Shown here: positions 49,152-59,786 of the stretch, piece by piece
Position numbering within the stretch: position 1 is the stretch's first letter
Layout: each line of letters opens with the position of its first letter
NCBI GenBank assembly: GCA_010093605.1
Contig: MU004199.1
Location: forward strand, 806,001-870,000
DNA from: Lophium mytilinum
Taxonomy: Eukaryota
Length of the DNA stretch: 64,000 bases
Reading direction: 5' to 3'
Program-made: the position numbers and the translations under genes
Notes under the pieces: generated by a model
Seen by the model: only the letters and a program-made list of their open reading frames with translations
The model's database searches: none
What the model was told of the DNA's origin: nothing

Positions 49152-49982
49152 TTATGAACCGCCATTCTCGACATCCTCAACCCTCGCAGCCCCATTCGGC
49201 TTATACGGCGCCTCATCGCCTGAAAGCGCAATCTGCCCATCCACCGGCAGCAGAAACGACGCGCCCCAGACAAGCGTCAACGCAAACACAATCGTAACCA
49301 GGGACCCAAACGTAACCAGCGCCGGAGTCGTGTTCTTCGCATGCAGCGTGATAATCAGCGGCGCGCCGGCCCCGAGATTCGCAAGATAGAACGTAGCCGG
49401 GAAAAGCACGAACAGCCCAAGCATCGGCTTCCACCCCACCGCGCGTGCCTTCAAATGCGCAGCAGCCACGCTGAAGCACATGACCTGCGCGGCCTCGAGG
49501 ATGCCGATGCAGAGCGGGTAGTTGAAGACGCGGAACACATGCGGGCCCCAGTACTCGTAGGCGCCGCCGTTGATGCCGACCATTTCGAAGACGCAGGAGG
49601 TGAGCAGCTCCACTCCGGCCCACTTGAAGAGGTCGAGGCGGGAGACGCCGTTCGGGATGGCGCGGATCAGGGGGACGGCGACGGAGGCGTAGAGGGTTAC
49701 GTAGCCGCTGTATACCCAGATCGGCTGGGGGATGTCGAACGAGGTGAAGAGGGACCAGATACCGGGCGAGTAGAAGTAGAGCATTAGGGATTCGTCGTAG
49801 AGGGGCTCGGCGAAGCCGCCGACGGCGACGGCGAGGACGAGGATGAAGTAGAAGGGGGTTTGCTCTCTCTTCCATAGCAGGCCGGTGTAACCGAGCATCC
49901 CGGCCCATATGAGATAGCTGGCGGAGACCAAGATGATTTGCATGGGCTGGGAGAGAGGATGGTCAATTGGGGCTGAAGACAT
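49152..49982 (-). CDS. 276-aa polytopic membrane protein of unknown function
   Basis: Intronless ORF with strong G/C third-position bias; about 6-7 hydrophobic segments with embedded acidic residues (EPLYD, FEM). Confidence 0.85.
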   Translation of the reverse strand: MSSAPIDHPLSQPMQIILVSASYLIWAGMLGYTGLLWKREQTPFYFILVLAVAVGGFAEPLYDESLMLYFYSPGIWSLFTSFDIPQPIWVYSGYVTLYASVAVPLIRAIPNGVSRLDLFKWAGVELLTSCVFEMVGINGGAYEYWGPHVFRVFNYPLCIGILEAAQVMCFSVAAAHLKARAVGWKPMLGLFVLFPATFYLANLGAGAPLIITLHAKNTTPALVTFGSLVTIVFALTLVWGASFLLPVDGQIALSGDEAPYKPNGAARVEDVENGGS

Positions 49983-52848
49983 GGTAGCGATTTCTTAGTT
50001 CTTTCTTGTCCTCCTGTTATCGAGTATTAGCTATTGCTGGTATTGCTACAGACTATGATGTCCAGATGCTATTAAAGTAGGGTAGCAAGGAAATCGAGAT
50101 AGCTTACGAATAAGGTAATGCGCAGTAGGCCTGCTTAAAGATACACAGCGGTAAGCTGTAGTGGAAAAGCTAATATAGGGGCTAACGATTCAGAATGAAG
50201 TGGCTACCTAGAGGTGCGTTGGTATAGCTTTATTGTCACAGTATTTTGACCTCGGGTGAACATTCTGATTTAGATGACAGCGAAAAACAATAGATGATAC
50301 ACCGTGAGCGGAGAACCTTGTCATGTGATATTTATACCGAAGACCATCCGTTTTTCTGGCCTCAGATTCGGACCTACCTAAAAGACAAATTCCGATGTTG
50401 TCCCTAGTTTGTTTCCCCGGATTGATTCACGCGGGGTCATTTGCGGAGGTCGTGGGTTAGTCCAGGGGTTTCTCGATGCCATTCCAATATGTCTAGCTCT
50501 TTTCTCCACGCTCTTGATCTACATTTTCATTAGACCGCTGGCAATATGAGCACTTCTGGTAATTATTTTCCACGGCCTTAGTTTACGAGATCGCGTATAT
50601 AACATTATTAGATGCGATTATCGGACCTATCTCATGGTGTCTCACTATTATATGTTCCGGTGCAGGCGATTATAAGCTCGCTCATAGACTAGAGGCCTTA
50701 CACGGTACCAGCCAAGCAAGCATCATCTACTTGGATGCTACTCTCTGGCACTAGACACCGCTCTCCGGAGGTTCTTCACCATGCGGCCGGTGGGACAGGA
50801 GCTTCCAAAAGTCAGCCCAGAATCAAGGGCGTCGAGTTTAGTACCCACTGCATCAAGCTGTACATCGTACTCGAAGCTTCGGAAGAATCCAGGGACATCC
50901 TAAACGATATCAAAACAGTGTACGCATCCTATTTCAGAACAGCTTTGAGCTGTAGAGCATGAGCTTTACCGATGATCTTGTTCAGAGGATCCCCTTTTGA
51001 GCTCCGACGATGGAGTTGCTCCGAATGCTCTGGAGGTGCCTTAAATCAGTTAGCGCTGCGCCGGCCACGATGTGTCCTACTGCTGAGCTCGGAGTGAGAG
51101 GTATAATGGGGATGATGGCGTTTGAAACACCGCGGCTCGTCGAAATTGCTGGTATCTCCATATCGACCTTGCACTTACTCTGGAACTTCGGACAAATCTT
51201 ACATTTGGTAAGCACAAGACTGAGATCCAATGTCTAATGCACCACACCCCTAGATGTCACATCGGGAAAAGATTACATCCCAATACTCTGGAGGGAAAGT
51301 GCTTCAAAGCCTGTTTCGCAGCGCTCAGCCTTTCACATCGAGGACGGATGATTATCAGCCCTTCGGGGGTGCCCCAAACGTGTTTCCATCGGTCCCAAAC
51401 CTATGCGCTGTAATGCTAGTTCTTGGAGCTACCTCGTCAACATCTAAGGCCTATTTTACAAGCGTTCCGACTCCGACACTAGGGTGCGACTTTGCCAACG
51501 GGTTCAAGGATGTGCCACGGTGGTGTTCTATAGCAAACCCATTAGCCCGTTAAGCCGAAACCCCATCAACGTGAAAACATCATTAGCTCTGAAGCCAATC
51601 TCACCCGAACCTAATTCACGGTATTCTGATTTCGGCTTCAAGCCAAGTCTCTCCTACAGGGTTGGAGGACCTCAGACGGTGCTGTACGTGTGGTAAATCT
51701 CAAAGATCGTCACGCAGATTTCATATGCATTTCACCATAGCGACTGGTGCCTAATTAACGGCCCGCGAACTTTGAGGTCATGATACAACTTTTCGGAGTA
51801 GACTGGGGAGCCTTTGAAGGTGCTTTGTAAGTATTGTAGGATATTGTTGAGTGTGTTCGGGAGTGCTTTGAAGTGTACGAGAGTGGACAGAGAAAGATGG
51901 TAGAAAGACATAGGTAGAGGGAAGAAGGTCTCACTGGCGCTAGCTGCGAGTGAGAGCTGCTGATATGCCCCAGTGCGGGAACATAGTTGAGGGACGTGGG
52001 ATGGAGGAAAAAGAGAGAGGCTGAGTCGGGTGGAGGTGTCCGAGTGGGTCTCGTGTTTATGCAGCGCGGCGGTAGCCGATTTGCGAATTGAACTGCTTGG
52101 GATGGAGCTATTCGTTATACTATACAGGTAGCATACAGGACCTCGATGGACGGCATGGAAACGTGGCTAGTGAATGTACGTCTCCTCCCCGAATTCCAGC
52201 AAAGTACGGCGCACTTTCTATGGAGCTTCCGATTAGAGGGATCGCCCGGATGGGCACATACTCGCCATAAACTCCCAGTCGTAGGTAGGAGCTCTAGGAT
52301 ATCTACAAGATGTACAACTCGGATAGAGAATTCTCATCATCAACCCTCACTATTACACATCCTAGGTACACCGTCTCCTGTCAGAAGGTGCTCCCGGAGG
52401 CACATCAGTCTCGTGAGCAAAGGACCAGGGACTTTTGCTGTGTCTTTGCACACCCACAATACCTGACGCAAATCACAGTCAGGCGACGAACATGGTCATC
52501 GATAGTGGTTGGATTAAGCTGCATCCAGCAATGTTCAGCTGCATTCTGTGGTGCAGAATGAAAGGTGGAAGACGAGGGATATGATGCGAGAGGGAGTCAT
52601 GTCCCTATCGCTTCTCCGGAGGCATTTCCAGGATATACCGAACTATGAAGTCAGACGAAAGAGGTAATTGGGCACTGAAAGAAGAATGTATGTAGACTAA
52701 GAAGAAAAAAGACGGTTTTTCAATTCTTGTGGTAGACAAAAGAGTGTAGTCTTCAAGCCTAATAACAATACCCCCAGATCCAATTCTGGTTATACATCTG
52801 GGTGGCTTCTCTTGGAATCAGACTCGTCTGCAAGATCTTTGTGCAGCT

Positions 52849-54180
52849 TCATGATGAGGTTTGTCCCTCAATATCAGCCTCCGTATCCGAACCGACTGCG
52901 TCTTCGTCACCGCTGGCTGTGGTTATCTGTCGATGTTGTACTTGCGGTATTGTCAGTATGACAGTGCTCGAGTTTCGCAGTCTAATTAAAATTGCAGCTG
53001 CTGAATATATAACTGACTCTTCTTCGGAGTCATCGCCGCGTACGGGAAGTGCTGGTGGGGGTGATTGGGTGCTTAATTCCGTGCTTGCGTTATGGTATGA
53101 GGATCCTATGGGTGCCGCCGAAACCGCGGGAGTATCGGCACGCCCAAGAAAACTTTCGGTAGTGTGTCTATTTAATGTTGTGGAGACGTTCGTGATCTGA
53201 TTGCGGTCTTCGGGTTGCCGCTCCTCTAGATGTTGCCCGCCAGATAAGATCGCGCGCTTCCCGGGACTGCTAGCACTATCTAGCCTGATGCGGCTCGATG
53301 GAGATGTGCTCGTTTCTGTAGTAGTCATCGCGGCGTGAGTCGTTCCGGGCACGGAGGCCGCCCCTGCTTGGGATGATTGAGGTTGTTCTAACATAAACCC
53401 TATCTGAGGGGCATTGGGACTTTCTTCAAGGAGAGCGCGGACTTCATCGTGGGTGAAACGTCGCTTTATCAACGTTTCCAAAGTAATGAGCCTGAGAGTG
53501 CCGGTGGGGTGTTGTATCCCGACATGGATGGCGACGCCACGATAACCCTTCAGAAACCGAAACGCAGGTCTCGTCTTGGAAACATTGCGTGCGTTGGCGC
53601 CGCACACCGGGCAATGGAGTTCCACAAATTGTTCTGACATCGGTTCTTTGATGACCGTAGGGAATCTCTTCAACACCTCATCGAGCGGCGTTGTTGGAAT
53701 TACGGTGTCTGCAAACCGACTCGGGTCAGGAATCCTGGCTGAGGCGGTACTGCTAGATGGAGCAAGATTTGGGGCCGAGACAGGAAAAGGGACGCTCGAG
53801 TTTTGCGCAATGTCGGTCGAATGTACCGCTGGAGCGCCGGTAGAGCGCGAAGTGTCGGGCATCAGGGGCTCTATGAAATCATCCTAATCTAGTCAGCATG
53901 TGCTATGAGTTTGAGGGAATCGATGGTCCGGCGGCTGATTGGAACTGAGAAATCGAGCTGCGGCAAGATCGAGGAATACTTGGCGACCTTCCCGACGCTT
54001 TTGGGTGTAACATACGGCTTGGTCTTGAGTGATGTCGGCCTGAGTCATAATGTCGGCGTCTCCACTATCCAGATAGCACAAGGCCTGGTCGCTGAGAAGG
54101 TCCTGCTCCTTATCGAGGTCTTCGTTCTGGCGCGGCCGGAAACTCTCCGCTACTTGCAAAACCTTCTTATAGCGACTTAT
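52849..54180 (-). pseudogene. decaying paralogue of the 56237-57317 gene; exon 2 still open for 337 aa
   Basis: Both exons align with the neighbour; expected ATG reads ATA (54178-54180) and expected splice donor reads CTCAGT (53944-53949). Confidence 0.6.
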
Positions 54181-54424
54181 GGCTACGTTTGATGAAGTAT
54201 AGCGTATGTTGATGGAGTAGAAGTTGTAAAACTGGGGTTGGGGGGAAAGATGATGATGGCGAGACCATAGCCATAAGGAAGTGAGGTAGTATGCATGGTG
54301 AGATGTGCCTGCCGTAGGTATTCTTCGCTGCTCCTCCCCGAAGCTCACCGTTGTAACGACTACCTAAGTATCCAAGTCCCATACTGCTCTTTAAGAGATT
54401 GAGGAAGTGACCGCCTGGCTAATA

Positions 54425-54520
54425 CAGTCCTGGGCGGTTGAAGGCGCGGGCTTGGGAATGAAGCTGACACTGTTGTGCCCCTCTGACTGGCTGTTGGCTT
54501 GATTCAAGGGCAGTCAGTTG
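54425..54520. mobile_element. truncated, degenerate MITE family fragment
   Basis: TACAGTCCTGGGC is identical to the left end of copy 3; internal ACTGTTG and TCAAGGGCAGTC matches. Confidence 0.4.
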
Positions 54521-54647
54521 GATGAATTCGTGCCAAGAATCAAGATCTAGGATACATACGCTATTTTCGTTGGGACTGCTAATGTACATTAGCTGTTCAT
54601 TTTCTATTTTCGTGAGGGTAACTAGGAATGTCTTCTCCGCCTTCATA

Positions 54648-54867
54648 CAGTCCTGGGCCACAAGTCTGGGCACACGGACTCAGCTCCAACTTGACCTCTC
54701 AGCACTACTGTTGGGGGCAGCCTGGCTGCTGAGCAGGCAATAAGTCAAGAGGCAGTCTAGTATGCTCTACTTGAAGTTTCACATTGCCCTTGAGTCTTCG
54801 AAACCCTACCTACGGGGGACCCCAAGCAGTGGCGCACCGGTGTGCCCAGACTTGTCGCCTGTCACTG
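54648..54867. mobile_element. MITE family copy 3
   Basis: TA|CAGT...ACTG|TA ends; TIRs and internal sequence closely match 48515-48730. Confidence 0.88.
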
Positions 54868-56076
54868 TATGAACGCTGGCTTCTAAATGAATCTCAGCAT
54901 CGTTTCATGGGGTCGCGTCGTTATAGTCATCGTTGTTATCTATTGCTACGTTCGAATGTTGTGGATCGTCGCTATTCTCTGATTCAATGTTAGCTGCTGC
55001 CTGCGTTGGAGTCAAAGCAGACCCACATACATCACGTAATTAGACACCGGGAATATATATGGCCCTTTGGTAGGGGAGGCTTACGGCATGTAAGCCGCAT
55101 TCGGCGAGACATTAAATGAAATCTAGTATCGGTATTATCTTGGAATTTCGGGATCTTGATAAATCCATTCGGGCGAGGAGGGAAATGTAAGCACCATTTT
55201 GGAGAGAAAGAAAGTAACCGTGAGGATATACATGAAAGCTAGAGCGACGAAGGAACAGAAGCTGAGAGTCGCGACAACGAGGAAGTCTTTCTAGACTACA
55301 AGAGTATCCATTTCAACGCCTGCTGCATAGAAAGTCATTTCGATCGCCCTTTTAAGGCTGTAGCTGTCTCCTCCAGATTCCCCGATACGTCGAATAGGAA
55401 ATACATTGCGGGCTTCCGCGATCGACAAGGGCGTCCCGCGCCTTGTTAAGACGAGCTACTGCCGGAGGTCCTTGACCGCAGGGATTTTCCCGTTCAGCCA
55501 TGATTACTTCAGGATCCCACTAAGAGCGACAAACTGTATTTCAAAGGCGACATCATGGCCATGAAGACAAATATGGATATAACGAAAAACTTAAAGGTGA
55601 GAGTAAACGGAATAGTAGAATACGGCATTGCAAAATATGCGGTTGCGAGCGCGAAAGGGTAAGGATAAAGTACCTGGAAATAGTCAATATTGCCGGGATA
55701 AAGTCAGAAGTTCGGGTTGGCATACTAGAGCGGTAAACTCTGAAGTGGCCCCGGCGAATTGGGATGCTCTGCTGCTTTCGATTGTGTGAGTCAATTGAAG
55801 CTACGCGAATAAGTTGTGTCAGGAACGTTGGTATACACAGCAATATGTTGCTGCAGAAGAGTAACATAATGTAACGAACTTACAGCTTTGCCTGCTCCTT
55901 ACGATAATATTCGGGTTGTTGCGCCCGGAGACTATCTGCTACTTGCGACACCTTCCTGGAGCGATCCATGGCTACTTTGATGGAGGTCACAGTATGCTGC
56001 TGAAGTAGCGGCTCTACGAGCTGTAGAGCACGGAAAAGTTTTAGATATCGAGTTCATTGATCAAGCTTTTACTTCC

Positions 56077-56177
56077 CCGAATCATTCCCTTCCCAAGATG
56101 TTTTCAACGGCTCCAGAACTCCACCGAATCAAACCTTTCCCAAGATGTTCTTAAAGGCTCCAGAACTCCACCGAATC
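56077..56177. repeat. 47-bp tandem duplication just downstream of the 56237-57317 gene
   Basis: TTCCCAAGATGTT...GGCTCCAGAACTCCACCGAATC occurs twice. Confidence 0.8.
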
Positions 56178-56236
56178 CACCAAATCACCCCAGTTCCCAG
56201 AAATAGACCGAAAGATGCAGCCGGGTCCCTTCGAAC

Positions 56237-57317
56237 CTAGAAGTACTTCCTTGGTTCTGACTTGGTCCAAGACATGATGTCGTCACGGTAGTTCTTGATA
56301 TCCCGTTCCAACCACATCTTGTCGTTTTGGGTGTCCGTTCCCATTTCATCTTCCTTGTGGTGCTTCATCAAGAGATTGACGCGCTTGGGGGGTGCAGGTC
56401 GCTTCTTGCGACCAGATGATCCCGGACGAGGAGGGGCGGAGGTAGGCAGAGCATCCAGCATGTCTTTAGATCCCTGGTTGTGTGGCGAGAGGATGCTAGA
56501 TCCCGCCGAGTCCGAGCGGCCGAGCTTATCAAACTCCTGGGAGAAGGGTTCGATGTCGCCAGCCGAGAAGGGAGGAAGCTGGGAACCGGTCCCCTCAGAA
56601 GGAAGCAAGCAGGGAATCTTCTCAATCTTTGGAGCACCCGGGGCATTGAAGTTGAGTGCGACTATTTCGACCGGGGTGAGTTGGCGGAGAGTCATCTGTT
56701 TGATTGCTGCTGTGTCCCTGTTGGGATTGGATCCATGACTGCTGAACATGTGGTTGGAGATTCCGTGGATGCCTTTGAGGTATTTGAGAGCCCCAGTTTG
56801 TGGATCTGCGATGGCATTGCCCTTGCAGTGCGGGCAGCCGATCTCTGCAAAGGTGCCGTCGGACAGTTCGATAACCGTTGGCCATTCCTGTGAGTTATGC
56901 TTGACGATGACGCCGCCTGGGGCCGGGGCAACCGTGACGTTGGGTGGGACGGGGACGTTGAGGGCGTTGGGAGTAGGAGCAAGGTCTGGGACACTGGGAA
57001 TAAGGACCTGCACGTATTTCTCCTTCATGAGTTAGCGCGGGGCATGAGAGGATCGTAAGGTGTGGTGCCATAGGTGAACTTACGAAGCGATAGAGAGCCA
57101 TGTCGACGAAGCGTTTGCGGGCCGCATCGCGCTTCTGTGCCCATGATGCCGCTTTCTCAGGAGTGGTGTAGCCTTGGATAATCGTGTCCGCTCCTCCGCC
57201 TTCTTCCATGTACGCTTCTGCCGCGTCTGACCAGATTCGGGCCTCCACTATGTCATGCTCATGCTGCCAGTCACGAAGATACTGGAAAGCATTCCGAGCG
57301 TGCTTGTATCGGCCCAT
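56237..57317 (-). CDS. uncharacterised protein with a helical N-terminal exon and a C-x2-C-x24-H-x4-H putative zinc finger, 2 exons
   Basis: ATG 57317 (MGRYK); phase-0 intron 57023-57083 (GTAAGT...GCTAAC...AAG) joins the two ORFs. Confidence 0.75.
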
Positions 57318-58472
57318 ATTGAACGTGAGGCCGTGCGATGGTGGTGAAGGATTGAATTGGGCAGCTTTCTGGAGGGCGATTGAAGATGATAGGAGGATGA
57401 TAGGAGGATGGGTGGAGGAGGGCGGGTTGGAGGCGGGCAATTGAAGCTTTAGTGGATGAAGGACGGAAGAAGTTAGCTGGTGACCTTATATAGGAGATTT
57501 GCGCGAGAGCTCCGCTAGGCAGTAGCCTCGTAAGGCAAGTGAGGTGAGGTGTAGTGAAAAGAAGGTGAAGCGAAAGTGAAGAGATAAAGCTGGGGAAGAG
57601 ATTGTGATGGGGAACTTATGCGTTATGCAGTGAGCCAAGATCTCGGCATAACCTGGGATAAATTAGAATGTGAGAGTAAACCAATTTTAAGAGCTTATAA
57701 ACTAGAATATTCTGGCAGTATTCCATCTTCCAAGCGAGGTTCGCACCAAACGCTCAATCTCTGAAAAGCTCCAATGGTCGTGTGGTAACTAGACATCGTC
57801 ATCTTACCACTTTCGGTGGCCGTTGTTGACTAGTAAGCTTGCGAGTGGCTTCCCTTCTTCGAAGTTTTTGTTTTTGAGTTCGATCCCCGCTGCGAACCTT
57901 TTTCTTTTTGCACGTTTTTTTAGATCACTGAAAACTGAACGTGTACCTTACGCTGTAATACCAGGTTCTAATAAAATCGTTGCTACTTTTTCTAATCCTA
58001 TAGGCTTACCTACTAGCTGTATAAGAATAAGGTAAGTTAGAAGCCGATTCTGTGCTCCTTATATTATAAACACTAAATAGAAATAAAAGAGACTATAGAG
58101 GCTAGCAGCGTTGTATCACCGACGACATTTAGTGTTTAAAACGTTCGCGAGACCTTAAGTAGTACGCTAGGAAAATATAATACCACATGCCAAAGGAGTT
58201 GATTCCGGCTACAAGCGTTGGTGGTGCATCGATGAGGAGACGCCAATGGCGTTGAGGCATCCGACCTAAGGTGTACTTTCGCCAGTCCATGACCAACGGT
58301 ACGTCATTGGGGAATGGTCAAGCTCGAGCGAAGCATTCGTGCCTCATGTGTTTGATACAGGGGAAGAGTAGAGAAGGTTCTTTTGATGAAGTGGAGAAGG
58401 CAAAGGGGGGATCCGTATCTTAGTAATAGGGCATTACAAATCAAAATTCGTCGCCAATCAGATAGCCCAGAA

Positions 58473-58483
58473 ACGCGTCGCGT
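58473..58483. promoter_or_regulatory. double MCB element (ACGCGTCGCGT) upstream of CTF8
   Basis: Consensus MBF site 50 nt upstream of a replication/cohesion gene. Confidence 0.5.
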
Positions 58484-58532
58484 TGCCATCGTCTTCACAT
58501 ATCACTGCAATTGATCACGATTCCATACAAAC

Positions 58533-58973
58533 ATGCCGTCTGTACCTCTCCACCTACCCGGAGCCAATTCCTCTACCCTCCCCGCCCCAAACCCTCTCCC
58601 TACCCTCCTTCAGACTCCTTCCGGCCTGGCTCTCCTAGAGCTGCAGGGCACCATCCATGCCCCCACCGCCGAAGAGTCAGTTCCTTCAGCCGACAAGTCG
58701 CTAGCAGAGATCGGAAAGCTAGTATTTCCGCTGTACTCGGAGTTGACCGGGCAAGAGGACACGAAATGGATGAAGAGGGTGTATCTATACGTGGGCAAGC
58801 ACCAGAGGATGACGGGCGAGGTCAAAAAGCTAGGGAAGCCGTTGGGAGTGCTGGCGCGGCGAAAGGCTGAAGACGACGGTGAAGAACTGGAGATACTGGA
58901 GGTAGTGAGGTACAAGATTGTGTTTTCTTCGAGACCGGAACCTGTGGGCGGGGAAGTTGATGGAGCGGCATGA
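58533..58973 (+). CDS. CTF8: chromosome transmission fidelity protein 8 (Ctf18-RFC subunit)
   Basis: LALLELQGTI, LYVGKHQRMTGEVKKLGKPLGVL, YKIVFSSRPEP. Confidence 0.92.
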   Translation: MPSVPLHLPGANSSTLPAPNPLPTLLQTPSGLALLELQGTIHAPTAEESVPSADKSLAEIGKLVFPLYSELTGQEDTKWMKRVYLYVGKHQRMTGEVKKLGKPLGVLARRKAEDDGEELEILEVVRYKIVFSSRPEPVGGEVDGAA

Positions 58974-59786
58974 TCCTCTATCTGGCAAGCTCGAGTGGTA
59001 GCAACGCGCTCTACGAACATGATTGGTTACTATGGGAAATGTCTAAAGCCCTAGAGTCATCTGAGAGACCTTGGAGACTTTCGGAAGAGGTGACAGGGCG
59101 TGGAGGCAGCGGTCAGGTATGTGAATATGTACCATGCTATCAACAACGAAAAGAAATCTCAATGCATAGTCGCAAGGCCCTCCAGCATATCAGCATGACC
59201 TCGGGCTACGTCGCTCGTTTGCGACGAATTGCAGCCCGAGTAGACCAGGCAGGTGTTCCAGTGGCCCGAATAAATAGGTCGACACTTCCTATGCGGCCAG
59301 GTCTCAACCTTGTGAAGAGGCTCTGTCCTACAGTGGACTGAGGCCAACATGCTCAGATCAATTCAATAGCGTAATAGTAAATGTGGCCTGCTTCATCCTC
59401 AGCCGCTGCTTATCAATACGCAACCCGCTAAGAGAGAAATGCTGCGATGGCCACTCCGCCGGAGATGGGTAGCTTTGGCGAATTATGACTGGGGTAAGAT
59501 GCCAAACACCCCACACGATGCAAGCTTTGCCAGGATCGCGGCGCGCATTCAGGTCGCCTCTTTGGAATTCGTCGACAAGGGAGGACTCTGACCACAAAAG
59601 CGCCCAATCATGGGTGCAGGTTGATACCTGTCGACATTCAGCCACCGTGAGGAGTGCATACTTGCTGATAGCCTTGACCGATACGTCCGTGAAGGCCAGC
59701 CGCAATTTTCCGCCCCCATGATCATCTCACACTCAAAAGTCGGGGACTTTCTTCAATGGCTTTTCCCTGCTTACACTAATGCCACC

